A stretch of 64,000 nt of DNA from Octopus sinensis. Lineage: Eukaryota. The notes beneath the pieces were generated by a model. That model was not told the origin of the DNA, did no database searches, and worked only from the letters and a program-made list of their open reading frames with translations. Positions 51,379-64,000 of this stretch are shown here, piece after piece. Positions within the stretch are counted from its first letter, which is position 1, and each line of letters starts with the position of its first letter. The position numbers and the translations under genes are program-made. The DNA lies in the NCBI RefSeq assembly GCF_006345805.1, contig NC_043016.1, positions 8,866,001-8,930,000 on the forward strand, in the 5' to 3' direction.

Positions 51379-53199
51379 TTATATGAAAAATATATATATC
51401 TACACACACACACACACACATACACGTGTGTATGTGTATGTGCTTATACACAATTATATATGTATATATGTGCTCGTGAATGTGTAGATATACCTCATGG
51501 TATGTCTTGTCTTTTGTATTGCTGCCTTAATTTTTGGTCATACAAATTTGTCTCAATTTGAAATTTAAATCAAGCAGCCATTTTGTGTGTGTGTGTGTAT
51601 GTGTGAGACTATGACTATATGTATGAATATACATGTCTGTGAGTGGAGACACGATTGATTTTAAAGCTCACTTCACAACCAGTTGGTTTCAGGTTCAGTC
51701 TCACTGCATGGCACCTTGCGCAAGCCACCTCCTCTACTACAACCTTAGGTTAACCAATGTGTTTTAAGTAAATTTGGTAGAAAGAAATTTTGGAAACCTC
51801 TCAAATATGTGTGTGTGTGTGTGTGTCAATCACTACTTGACAATTGGGTTGATTTGTTTATAACCCTAAATATTAGTGGTTTTAGCAACAAGGCTAAGAC
51901 AGAATAAACACCAAACTTAAGTACTGAGGTTGATTTCATCAAATAAACACTATCCCAATATGACAGTCCTGTGACTGAAACCAGTAAAAGAATACGAATA
52001 AGTATCTGTTAGGAATTACAACCGTGTTTCGTGGTCTGCTACCACAAGAGCTCCTTTTTAGGATCCAGTTAGCTCAAGACATCATCAGGAGGAACCACAT
52101 CCGGTTTCGGCCCCTACTGTTTTGACGTGGCGTCTCCCCCACTTTCGGAGGTGTCTTCAGCTCTGGTGTTGGGTGCATGTCTTTCTTCTGTTCCCTGGCC
52201 TCTTCGATGTATCCTCAGTGAGTGTCAGCCGGTGACTGACTAACTTGTCAAATTTTCCCCTTTAAATACCTGCCGCTAGGCTCCAGCAGGCAGCCCCAGC
52301 AAGTTGTCATGTGACACTATCTCACCTTAACTGACTATTGGGGATATCAAAGAACCTTACAATTTTTTTTAGGTCATAGGGAGTGCTTTGAATGACATTT
52401 CTCTCAGACCAAGCAACTGCACAGGCTTTCAGTATGTGTATTTGTGTGTGTGTATTTGACCATGATACAATAATACCTTGCAATCAGTTCCATTAATTCA
52501 TCTATGCAAGAATTGGTTTATTTCATCATAAATGCCATCACTAGGAAAGAAGAAACTAAATTCTCAGACACCAAATAAAGTTGCTGCTAAAACGACGTAT
52601 AGATAGGCCGCCTGATGAATAAAATATCTTGTTCTTTTTGAGTAATTCCCCTATGGATTTTGTCTCATTAGAGAAAGCATTGTGGTGTTGATATGCCAAC
52701 CGAAACACTTTTGAGCATATGTTCTGACACATATTCACCATTGTCATCTCTCTTTTCCAACAGGGGTAACCATGTATCCTCTCTTAGAATATGGCACCTG
52801 TTCCTATCCCTCTGTCATACTTTGATCTCTCACCAGCTGACACAAAACCACTTCATTTAGAACTGCACTGCTCCTCATCTGAGGAGTCTTGTGTGAGTTA
52901 TTTTGGAACTTGTAAGTGCTAATGCTAAGGAACAGCACTCCATGCTTTTTAAAGGGGTTTGCATTAGGAAGGCCATCAAGCTGTAGAAACCATGCCAAAG
53001 CAGATGTTGGTGCTAGATGGATCCCTCTGGTTTGCCAACTCTTGTTGAACTGTCCAATCTATGCCAACATGGAAAACATGTTAAGTATGTGTGTGTGTGT
53101 GTGTGTGTGTGTATGTATTTTCATCAGTTTACAAAAGGTGTAAACATCAGAAAACCAATGTTGAATATTTAAATGATTATCCCTTATGTTATTTCTGTC

Positions 53200-53600
53200 C
53201 AAGTTAAACACACACACACACTCTTTTCTTCTCTTTCCCCCTCTCTCTCACACCCTCTTTTCTCTTTTTCTTTTTTTCTCTTTTCTCTTTTTCTTTTTTC
53301 TTTTTTTCTTTTTCTATTTCTTTTTCTTGTTTTTCTTTTTCTCTTCTTTTTTCTCCTTTTCTCTCTTTCTCTCTCTCTTTCTCACCTCTCCTCTTTCTCG
53401 TTCTCTTCTCACTCTCTCACCTCTTTCCTTTCTCTTTTCCTCCTCTCTTTTCTCTTTTTCTTTCTCTTTCTCTTCTCCTCTTCCTCTCTTTTTCTCTTTT
53501 TCTTTCTCTTTTCTCTTCTCTCTTTTTTCTCTTTCTTCTCTCTCTCTCTTTTCTCTCACTCTGCTTCTCTCTCTCTCTCTCTCTTTTCTCCTTTTTCTCT
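53200..53600. repeat. Polypyrimidine (CT/CTT) tract
   Basis: Direct reading. Confidence 0.95.
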
Positions 53601-54182
53601 TTGCAATTTAAGCATTCAGTGCTGTACTTGATGCTCCAGTATGACTTGGGCTCTGATGGCTGAAATACATTATAAATGAAAAATATCTAAAATGCAGTGC
53701 TGCCTCTGGTCTTCAGCTTTAAGACTCTGTGTGTGTGTGTGTGTGTGTGTGGACTCACATCATTTAAGTGAATAATGATTTAGCAAAATACAACTGCATG
53801 GTGTTCATAGAGGTCTGTAGGAAATGGCCATCACCCTTTGGCCATTTATGTGCAGGGTGAAATTTGGAGCCTTCCAGGACTTTCCTGTATCTGATCCTTC
53901 TTTTCCTATTTGCCATTGGACTTATGAAGAATGCACGATAATATTGGTGCTAGTTTCCTGGATTGCTTGAACATCCTGTGTAATGAATATTAGCGTGCAA
54001 AGGTGCAGTCTTGTGGTCCACTAGTTCCTGTAGAACCGTCCAACCCATGCCAGCATGGAAAAACAGATATTAAATGATGGGCCGGTTTATGTAGAGCCAG
54101 TCCCACATTGTTCGGCTTTCAAATTTGTGTTGATCTTGTGTGACAAGTGCCACTAGTCCAGTAGTTGTCAGGGTGCACATAC

Positions 54183-54400
54183 ATCATCATTATCCTTGTT
54201 TGACCGTGATCGAGACAATGGAATTTACTATGTTACGCCAGACTTCACGGTCCATCATAGCATTACGGAGGTCCTGTTGCTGGATGCCTGTATCCCTGGA
54301 GATTACATCAGGGTAGGAGAGTGTGTGCCCTCTGGTATCGCAAGCAGATGGCTTCCAGAGGAGAGGAGTATAAATTACCTCGTTTTCAGCTCTACAACAC
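54183..54400 (-). mobile_element. RTE-clade LINE 3' end (second family)
   Basis: RGHTLSYPDVISRDTG...DLRNAMMDREVWR followed by a (TGA)n tail. Confidence 0.75.
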
Positions 54401-55065
54401 TGAATGTGTGTGTGTGTGTTTGTATAATAATGCACACACAATTTATGTACACACACACACACACATATATAATACTAACACTCATGAATATTTAAGATTA
54501 TGTGTCATATGTTCCTATAGAGACTATCTGGAGTCATTTAAAAGTAGAAATGTTGAATGTTTCAAATACTAAATGTGTTATAATACCAGACAGGATGTCA
54601 CACATTTATCAACAAAATATGATTATTTTCGTATCCACAGATAATGACTGGTACTTGTTAAAAATACTTGGCGGGGTTAAGTGGTTTTATCTTTTACTCG
54701 TTTCAGTCATTGCACTGTGACCATGCTGGGGCAATACCTTGAAGGGTATTTAGTCAAATAAAGAAAAAAAAAAAGTACTGAGGTTAATTTTAAGTCTAGT
54801 ACATATTCTGTTTGTCTCTTTTGTCAGACTGCTAAGTTATGAAGACATAAAAACAAACCAAGACTGGTTAAGTGGTGAAGGGAACACACACACATACACA
54901 CACGGACCTTCTGTTTCTGTTTACCAAATCAACTCACAAGGCAGTGGTTGGCCTTGGGCTATAGAAGATGCTTGCCCAAGGTACCATGCTGTGGAACTGA
55001 GCTTCTTACCTGCCCACCCAGCCACACCTTCACCTATTATTGTTGGTTTACTCTTTTACTTGTTT

Positions 55066-55251
55066 GTCATTTGACTGTGGCCATGCTGGAGCACCGCCTT
55101 TAGTCGAGCAAATCAACCCCCAGGACTTATTCTTTGTGAGCCTAGTACTTATTCTATCGGTCTCTTTTGCTGAACCGCTAATTTACGGGGACGTAAACAC
55201 ACCAGCATCGGTTGTCATACGATGTTGGGGGAACAAACACAGACACACAAG

Positions 55252-55285
<34 letters not shown>

Positions 55286-55432
55286 CATATATACGAGGGG
55301 CTTCTTTCAGTTTCCGTCTACCAAATCCACTTACAAGGCTTTGGTCAGCCCGAGGCTATAGTAGAAGACACTTGCCCAAGGTGCCACGTAGTGGGACTGA
55401 ACCCAGAACCATGTGGTTGGGAAGCAAGCTAT
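55066..55432 (-). mobile_element. CORE-type SINE family B
   Basis: Near-consensus copy. Confidence 0.85.
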
Positions 55433-56337
55433 AGATTTTTATTTTTTAAAAGTTTTTTTTTTTTTTTCCTTTTTATATACAAGATATATAACTATATCTT
55501 TCTTCATCTAAGCCAAGCACTATTGCAAATATATCTGAAATTGAATTTCAAACTTGAATCGAAATTCTTTTACAAAAACAAAACAAAAAAAAAAACTCTA
55601 TTTTTGTCAATTCGAGTTGGATATCAGTGTACGATATGAAATTTCAGTTTTAATCTAATCCTTTCCTTTTTCCTTTCTTTCTTTAATTGATTTCCGCATG
55701 ATTTCACTTTATCAACAAGCGAGTCATACACATGCCCAATGCACAATGTAAGCATATATTTGCAAATGAATTTTGAGACAAATTTTCATGCACATACACA
55801 CACACACACACTCTCTCTCTCTCTCTCTCTTTCTATGTCTCTCCTTTCCTCCCTTAGCATGCAGATAGAAGTACACTCTTTTTTTTTTTTTCAAGGATGC
55901 TTACCCCCCCCCCCCCCCCCCACCACCACTCATACAATCTTCTCTCCCCCACCTTCCCATACTATCTACATTTTTTTTATTTCTTCTCCTTCTTGCCTTT
56001 CTTTCCCTGTTTTCTAGTCTCCCTTTTTTTGTCCTTTTCTCTTCAGTCTCCCCCTTCCCCCCTCATTCTAACTCTCCTTTATTTCTCTTCTGCCATCTAT
56101 TTTTCCATCTTTCTTTCTCTCCTCCTTACTCTTTCCTTTTTTTTTTCCTTTTTATCTTTCCTTTCACTTTCTCTTTCATGTGCGCAGCACACACACACAC
56201 GTACATTGGAAGATCCAAGGAAACATCTACTGCTGCTGTTTTGCAAGATATCATCTGGACATGTTGATATTCGATTCTTCCCCCCATTCCCTTCATATTC
56301 TCCCAAACTTTCTTCAGATATTCAATATCACTAAATG

Positions 56338-57030
56338 CTATGAGCCATTGAGAGGCCAGTCTCTCGGGTCACTTATCTGGCTAGAAATAGCAGCCAGATT
56401 TCCTTCAAGTTATGCTATGAGCCATTGAGAGACCAGTCTCTCAGGTCACTTATCTGGCTAGAAATAGCAGCCAGATTTCCCTCAAGTTATGCTATGAGCC
56501 ATTGAGAGGCCAGTCTCTCGGGTCACTTATCTGGCTAGAAATAGCAGCCAGATTTCCTTCAAGTTATGCTATGAACCATTGAGAGGCCAGTCTCTCGGGT
56601 CACTTATCTGGCTAGAAATAGCAGCCAGATTTCCTTCAAGTTATGCTATGAGCCATTGAGAGGCCAGTCTCTCGGGTCACTTATCTGGCTAGAAATAGCA
56701 GCCAGATTTCCTTCAAGTTATGCTATGAGCCATTGAGAGACCAGTCTCTCGGGTCACTTATCTGGCTAGAAATAGCAGCCAGATTTCCCTCAAGTTATGC
56801 TATGAGCCATTGAGTGACCAGTCTCTCAGGTCACTTATCTGGCTAGAAATAGCAGCCAGATTTCCTTCAAGTTATGCTATGAGCCATTGAGAGACCAGTC
56901 TCTCAGGTCACTTATCTGGCTAGAAATAGCAGCCAGATTTCCCTCAAGTTATGCTATGAGCCATTGAGAGACCAGTCTCTCAGGTCACTTATCTGGCTAG
57001 AAATAGCAGCCAGATTTCCTTCAAGTTATG
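56338..57030 (+). repeat. Minisatellite, 9 x 77 bp
   Basis: Unit CTATGAGCCATTGAGAGGCCAGTCTCTCGGGTCACTTATCTGGCTAGAAATAGCAGCCAGATTTCCTTCAAGTTATG at an exact 77-bp period. Confidence 0.97.
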
Positions 57031-58334
57031 CCATGTCTCTAAAAAGAAAAAAAAAAGAGACCATTAGATAATGTAATCCCAGAGGGATACGAAATTCTCA
57101 TAGAGGAAGGATGGAAAGAGAAATATTCTGGATTATAGTCATAGAGCTACTCCCCTTGGGGTGAAATAAACCCCTTCCCACAAACCACAGTGATAAGAAA
57201 GATGGAAGACAAATTCCTAGATGCTAATGGTAGAGATATAGCAGTAAGGAATCTAGACTGTCTTTGACTATGTGGCTGAACTTAATGATTTGTAAGAAGT
57301 ATAAGGCCTCAAGGGAACCGTTTATTATACCAACCCTTTCTCCCCTGTATTTGATTGGTGTTTTATTTTATCGACCACAAAAGGATGAAAGGCAAAGTTA
57401 ACCCCAGTAGAATTACTGTATTTTACACTGGGAGTGTAAAATACAGTAATGGGATAAAGCAATGTATTTTATTTGTATAATTATTCTGGCGAAGGATAAT
57501 GGCTCTGGTTAGAACATCAGGCTCACAATCTTGAGGTGGTGAGTTCGATTCTTGGACTAAGCTGTGTGTTGTGTTTTTAACATAGGTGCCAAGTCAAAAT
57601 TACAGGGAAATGGCTGAACTGATTCCAATATTTGACTGGTACTTTAATTTTTTTTCTTTTTTTTTTTATCTTTCTGGGTGAGTCAATAAAATAAAGGTAA
57701 AGTTGACCTTAGCTCAGTTGGAACTCAACTTGTAAAAAGACCGTAACTAAAGGCCAAAATATTATTACAGAGTTTGAGTGATGTTCTAAAAATTCTGCCA
57801 ATAATACTTAATGATAATGGTTTCAAATTTTGGCACAATGCCAGTAAGTTCAGGAGAGAAGGTACGTTGATTACATCGACTCCAGTGTTCAACTGGTACT
57901 TACCAACATTGAAAGATTAAAGGCAAAGTTGAACTTGGAATGTAAAGAGATGAAATACTGCTAACGATTCTGCCTTCTCATTGCCATAATAATAATAATG
58001 GTTTCAAATTTTGGTGCAGGGATGGCAATTTTAGGTGAGGGGGAATAGTTGATTACATTGACTCCAATACTCAACTGATATTTTATTGACTCCCAAAGGG
58101 ATGAAAGGTAATTTTTCTACTAGCATGATAGATAAAGGGGTCATTATCGAGACAATACAAAAGAGGTCATGGGAAGGGTTTATACAACATCAGTGATAAA
58201 AAAAGGACAGAACTGGGAAAAGGAAAATTAAGCTAATGGTAGAAAATGAAGCATTCCAATAGAGGGCTAATCAAAAAAACCTACAGATCTAGGATTACTA
58301 CCAAGAGCAATGTGCCTTGTCCCAATTTTGAAGA

Positions 58335-58552
58335 GGTGGTGAGCTGGCAGAAACGTTAGCACACCCGGTGAAATGCTTAGCGGTATTTCGTCTGCCGTTA
58401 CGTTCTGAGTTCAAATTCTGCCACAGTTGACTTTGCCTTTCATCCTTTCAGGGTCAATTAAATAAGTACCAGTTACACGCTGGGATCGATATAATTGACT
58501 TAATCCATTTGTCCACTCTGTGTTTAGCCCCTTGTGGGTAGTAAAGAAATAG
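58335..58552 (+). mobile_element. SINE family A
   Basis: Full copy; several decayed copies between 57340 and 59060. Confidence 0.85.
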
Positions 58553-59119
58553 GTAAATCCTAAGAGTTGGCTCGTTTCTACAGGCAATATTTATCACTCT
58601 CTCACTTTCCAGAAAATTTTCTGCTGGAGGACATTCTACCCTCATCTTTCTCTCCAAGTGGAACGAGAGCTTTCAGTCTTCATCATAATATAACCTTTTT
58701 TATTTTCACCATGGCCATCACAGAGCAAACTGGCCCCTACATTTTCCAGCTAAAGGATCACATTGAAGTAATGCTTACTTTGGATTTGACTGAAAGCAAG
58801 ATTTGTCTTTTTTGGCATCTCCACAAATCAGCAAGGCCCAGATGGCGAAGGAATGTCTGCAGAATGGTTTTGTCACCCTGCACATGTTACACAGCTTGGT
58901 TAATGACATTACTGTGCTTAATAATCCTTTCTACAGTAGGCACAAGGCCTGAAATTTGGCGGGAAGGGACTCGTCAATTACATTGATCCCAGTGTTTCAC
59001 TGGTGCTTAATTTATTGACCCTGAAAGGATGAAAGGCAAAGTCGACATCGGCAGAATTTTCCTTGAGAGAAAGTTGAGTCGTGTCCACTCGATAGGGCTG
59101 CATCTTCAAAAAGACTGAT

Positions 59120-59260
59120 CTAGCGGGAAAACTTTCTGTTGGCCATTCTCTGCGCATGAGGGAACTTCCGGCGGCCTACCGGATGTAATCCAACTCTGTG
59201 CTTGTGCGCTGAAAACTTCCAAAATAGTGTCACTACAGACCTCAAAATGTTTCAAGTAGG
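59120..59260. promoter_or_regulatory. Possible housekeeping-type promoter
   Basis: Locally GC/CpG-rich non-repeat patch with TGCGCATG (NRF1-like, 59151), ACTTCCGG (ETS, 59164) and CCGGATGT (ETS-like, 59179), followed by CAAAATG and a GT donor. Confidence 0.4.
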
Positions 59261-61369
59261 CTGGGTATTTTGACTCCACACAGATGAAAGATAAATTTTA
59301 TCCGTGTGAGAATTGTGTTGTTAATTTTTCATTGAGATATCTTTTGTTTTGGACATGACAGCCTTCTAGTGCTGGTGTCATGACATAATTGCACTCAGCA
59401 CTCTTTGAAAAGTGGTTGGCTTTATGAAGGTCATCCAGTCATAGACACCATGCCCCAAATGAAATGTATGAGCAAAATGTGATCTTTCAACCTGTGTAGG
59501 AGGATAGTAACTCCAAAGAAGAACTGACTCAGACTATGGAAACTGGTCCAGCTTCTACTGTTATGGAAAGCAATCATAAACTGATAATGGCGATCAAAAT
59601 GATGATGGCTGACAAGTATCTATGCTTTCTACATACTGAATGCAGATACATACAGTAAGATCTCACATACGGAATACAGTGAGTTGAAAATATGCTAGCT
59701 TTGAAAATGGATGTTAATGATATCTGTCTTATTAGTAAACAAAAGCTCCCATTTGGAATGATTAAAATCTAAAACGAGCAAGGAAGATAACTCTTAGATC
59801 AGCTGCCAGGAAATTTTTGGTTAATAGTGTGAGGTTTGGAGTGGATCTGGTGTTTAAAACATAATGGTGAAAACAGCTGGCATGCCTTTGTATTATTAAA
59901 CAATTCTAATGCAGTAAGCTGGCAGAATTGTCAGTATGCTGAACAAAATGTTTAGCGTTTCTTTTGGCTCTCTAATGTTCTGAGTTCAAATTCCACTGAT
60001 GTCAACTTTACCTTCCATCCTTATAGGATCAATAAAGTATGAGCCAAGGGCTGGGGCATCTGTAATCAAGTAGCTCCCTCTCCACCAAAAATATGAAATA
60101 TCAGAAATATATAGGGGAGCACCAGTGGGGAGGGGTGGTTCAGAGAAATGATGACAGGTTCTAGGCAAGAACGTAGGATATCAAGAGAGGGGTAATGCAT
60201 GGTGAAATAGCGTATTGAAGAGGGGGATATATATATTTGAATTGATCACTCCTGATTTTCTGATTCTTGCAAATTGAGTGGAATATTTTACACACATGCA
60301 CACACAATTAGAATGGGGAAGAAAACCCACTAACATATGGTGCAATGTTTTCATGTCCTCTCTCTCTCTCTCTTTGTGTAATTTGTTGAACCAGCAAATG
60401 GTTGTGTGTTTCTATATATCTTTGTCTCTCTGTGACTGTTTCTCTCACTCTGTCTATCAGGTGATCTTATCACGCTCTTTTAAATCTCTTGACTTTTTTT
60501 CCCCCCTCTTTTTAACCAAACTCAGTCTCCAGTTTCCTCATCATGATTGATGTTATTATTGTCAATGTTTTTATATATATTTTTACCATGATGTCATTGC
60601 TAAATTGGATATTATTTATTTAGTTAAAATAGATTGACGGTGTCCATTAAGTAGTTGTATGTTGCTGTGTTTTCCACCAACAGAGTAAATAAATTTTTTT
60701 ACTCCCAAGCATTATCAAGATATCTGTACATGGTTAGAGGTAAAACGAAGGGACATTATAGTGGCTAACCTCCTGCACTGGGTTAAAAATGCAGTTAATT
60801 CCCTTCCCTATTGCAATGAAAAAATGGCCAGCTGATAGGTCAAACACAACAGTAATTATCAAAGATTGTAACAGGTTGAGAAAGGAAGAGAGAGAGAGAG
60901 AGATGATGAGAGAATGTGAGAAGAAATGTGAAGTCATATTAGAGAGGAGGAGGAGGAGGAAGTTCATCATCATCATCGTTTAATGTCCGTTCTCCATGCT
61001 AGCATGGGTTGGACGTTTCAACCGGGGATCTGGGAAGCCAGAAGGTTGCACCAGGCTCTGGTCTTATCTGCCAAAGTTTCTACAGCTGGATGCCTTCCTA
61101 ACACCAACCACTCCGGAGTGTAGTGGGTGCTTTTTATGTGCCACTGCACTGGTGCCAGGTGAGGCTGGCATGGCCACGGTCGGATTGGTGCATTTATGGA
61201 AGCCAATCAAGGGGCCACTGGCTTCGGCTACGATTCGGATGGTTGAGGCGGCGTATGATATAAAAGAGAGGAAAAGAAAAGGTTTCATTGAAAGGTTTAT
61301 AATTGTTAATAAGGTGATAAGAGTGTTAAGATTGCTGGATGAGGTTGTAAACGGTTGTCTTGTAACAGT

Positions 61370-61785
61370 AAGGTGGCGAACTGGCAGAAACTTAGCACAC
61401 CAGGCGAAATGCCTAGCCGCATTTCGTCTGCCGTTATGTTCTGCGTTCAAATTCCGCTGAGGTCGATTTTGCCTTTCATCCTTTCAGGGTTGATTAAATA
61501 AGTACCAGTTACGCACTGGAGTCGATATAATCGACTTAATCTGTTTGTCTGTCCTTCTTTGTCCCCTCTGTGTTTAGCCCCTTGTGGGTAGTAAAGAAAT
61601 AGGTATTTCGTCTGCCGCTACGTTCTGAGTTCAAAATTCCGCCGAGGTCGACTTTGCCTTTCGTCCTTTCGGGGTTGATAAATAAGTACCAGTTACGCAC
61701 TGGAGTCGATATAATCGACTTAATCCGTTTGTCTGTCCTTCTTTGTCCCCTCTGTGTTTAGCCCTTTGTGGGTAGTAAAGAAATA
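61370..61785 (+). mobile_element. Dimeric SINE family A inside a single 17-bp TSD
   Basis: GGTTGTYTTGTAACAGT at 61353-61369 and 61786-61802; full copy followed by a 5'-truncated second copy from ~61603. Confidence 0.85.
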
Positions 61786-61824
61786 GGTTGTTTTGTAACA
61801 GTCTATAAGAGTGTTTCTCAGTCT

Positions 61825-62560
61825 TTTGATGCTGTGGTGCACCATAAAAAAAAAAATGGTGTACTTTGCATGAAAAAATGTTTTAATCCTTTAGTATTTG
61901 CATTATTCTGTCAAAAGTAATGCTTATTTATTCACATTGTTTTAAATTAATCCTGCATTATCTTGTAGCTTTGAGATTTTGATGAAGTAACTATTCATTT
62001 TTAGAATTATATAGTAGGGCTGGTGTGAGAGGCCAGATTGGGCCAATTTGAACATAAAAAAGGGGAGAATATTTTGGCCGGATATGGCCGGTTTAAATGC
62101 TAAAGGGTTAAAGTTAAAAACTTAGAAATTCTAAATTTGATTAGAAAACTGTTAAATGTTTTTAATCTTTTTTTTATAAGACCAAAACAATGCAAGTTAT
62201 AATAGAGGGTGATGGCTTGTACTTTAACCTTGTATTTCAAGGTTAGGACCCCCTTCTTCAGGAAATCTTGGGAGAAAATGTGCTGTTGGCTGACTTCTCT
62301 GTATAGCCTATGCAACATCTTTGTTACTCTTAAATTTAATCCTTTAGCATTCAGATTGTTCTGTCAAATGTATGAATATTTATTCACATTGTTTTGATTT
62401 AATCATGTAATCACCTTGTAGCTTGGATACTTCAATGGTGCATTTGTTTAGTTTTAGAATGACATTGTAGGTGCGACAGGCTGAATTTAGCCAGTTTGAA
62501 CATAAAACAGCTGGAATACTTGAGCTGGATATGGCTGATTTAAACTCTAAAGGGTTAAAA
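61825..62560. mobile_element. Two piggyBac-like MITEs (TTAA-YCCTTTAG...CTAAAGGG-TTAA)
   Basis: Copies at ~61825-62110 and 62336-62558. Confidence 0.65.
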
Positions 62561-63409
62561 TTCAAACTTCTCGACTTAGGGTTTCCCTAGAAGTGATCAT
62601 CGCATTTAAAATAACTACTGCCAGGGACTCCACTTATTGTTTCCACTGTTTCATAAATTATACTTTTAATTAATGAGTATCAATATATATGCTTTTCTAA
62701 ATGAGACCTAACATTAATATGGATTTCCTAAAGACTTGTTACTCATACCATTTAAGAACCATAAGGAAAAATTACCCAAGAGTTGCCTGATGCATAAGTT
62801 AAAAGTAAAATTGTTTTCTAAATAACTAACTCTGGTAAAAAAAAAAAAAAAATGCAGTAGACAAATCACATTTGTTATTAGGAATTCTTAAATAAAAGTG
62901 GCATATTTAATATAGTAAACCATAAAATTTTAGTGATGAAGGCAATCATTTCCTAAGAGACTAATTAAGGTAAAACAAAAAAATAGAAGAAAGCCAAATT
63001 TCAATTAAAATTATGGCTGTGTGGTTAAGATTGCTTCCTAACTACTAAACCACATGCCTTCAACTCTTGTATTGTCTGCCAGATGATACTATATCATCAT
63101 TTAATGTCCATTTTTCATGCTGGCATGGGTTGGATGGTTTTGACAGGAGCTGCCTAGGCTCCATGTGTGATTCGGTATGGTCTCTTTGGTTGGATGCCCT
63201 TTCTAATGCCAACCACTTTACAGTGTGTACATGGTACTTTTATGCAGCCCTGGTACAGATGCTCGTTATGTGATACCAGCACCCACAAGTCTGCAAGATT
63301 AGGATCTCTCAGCTGAAGAGGGATACAGGGGACATGTCAGTATGTAAGGACAACCACACTTTTGCTTAGCTTGATGACCTGTATATATAGTGTGTGTGTG
63401 TGTGTATAT

Positions 63410-63880
63410 ATGTCCCTGCGCATGATACAGCCTTAAGACATTTATTGGATGGCTGTTGACTCTCAAGAGTTACTTCGCTGTTACACTTCCAGATGGGAAG
63501 GATCTTCTTTTGATGCTGACATGCAATGTCTGTGCAAGACCCTGCCTCAGTAAAGCTGGACTCATGAGCCATCTTCGTAGTCATAAAGCGAGACAGATGA
63601 GTGACAACCTGGCCACTGGTGGTGGTGTAACACACCATACTAATCATATCTGTCGGGCATGTGGAAGAGAGTGTAATTCGGCAGGAGGACTTAAACGACA
63701 TGCAAAGGTACACGAAGCCCAGTGACAACTACAGCCAGCTATTGCCAGTAAAGGTTTTAGCTGCCAATTCTGTACAAGACATTGTAGATCTTTAGCTGGA
63801 CTAAAAAGTCACATTCGATCACAGCACCAGTAACAATTAAGCTTCGTGCAATGGCCATACTTGATAACGAGGGGGCAGCC

Positions 63881-63890
<10 letters not shown>
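63410..63890 (+). mobile_element. LINE (RTE-like) 3' fragment with three C2H2-type fingers
   Basis: CNVCARPCLSKAGLMSHLRSH, CRACGRECNSAGGLKRHAKVH, (stop), CQFCTRHCRSLAGLKSHIRSQH; no TGEKP linkers; short 3' UTR then (TA)n. Confidence 0.6.
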
Positions 63891-63925
<35 letters not shown>

Positions 63926-64000
63926 TTGGTAGCACAAAAAGGATAAAATAGAACTCAACATGAGAGTACATTTAAAAATTTTTTAATTATTACAATGCGA

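Noticed and set aside
52020-52170. Two hammerhead-like CTGAAGA/CTGATGA...GAAA motifs on the minus strand
   Set aside because: Stems I and II do not close properly (C-C and T-C closing positions); at most a heavily decayed PLE relic.
56338-57030. CRISPR-like array
   Set aside because: The units are contiguous with no unique spacers, there are no cas genes, and the context is eukaryotic.
58567-58986. 139-aa ORF
   Set aside because: No recognisable motif, no supporting exon structure, and it is bounded by SINE fragments.
62225-62265. CTGAAGA...GAAA motif on the minus strand
   Set aside because: No stem III or cleavage triplet; the sequence forms its own simple hairpin instead.
63456-63725. 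Member of the cephalopod C2H2 zinc-finger gene expansion
   Set aside because: No TGEKP linkers, an in-frame stop before finger 3, and a LINE-type finger signature and tail.

Overview
AT-rich, microsatellite-dense animal genomic DNA made mostly of transposable-element debris. The SINE families and repeat landscape look cephalopod/octopus-like (inference). I could not recognise any host protein-coding gene, and most ORFs in the supplied track are (TA)/(CA)/(TATC) microsatellite or SINE artefacts. Supported content: a decayed near-complete RTE LINE (APE+RT); several Penelope-like element (PLE) copies with RT/GIY-YIG and pseudo-LTRs; CR1, HERO-like and CRE-like LINE remnants; mariner/Tc1 remnants; Helitron-type, piggyBac-like and other MITEs; and dozens of tRNA-derived SINEs in at least four families. 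The most notable unannotated signal is a set of hammerhead ribozyme (HHR) folds from about five sequence families. The best is a non-coding 584-bp tandem unit at 34.2-35.2 kb with a canonical type I HHR in each copy, which is either retrozyme-like or a PLE pseudo-LTR derivative. Other observations: a six-unit tandem array of an RTE 3' UTR, a 150-bp local duplication fused to a PLE 5' junction, a 9 x 77-bp hairpin minisatellite, and a possible ETS/NRF1-type promoter near 59.2 kb. Coordinates of degenerate repeats are approximate, and all folds were paired by eye.
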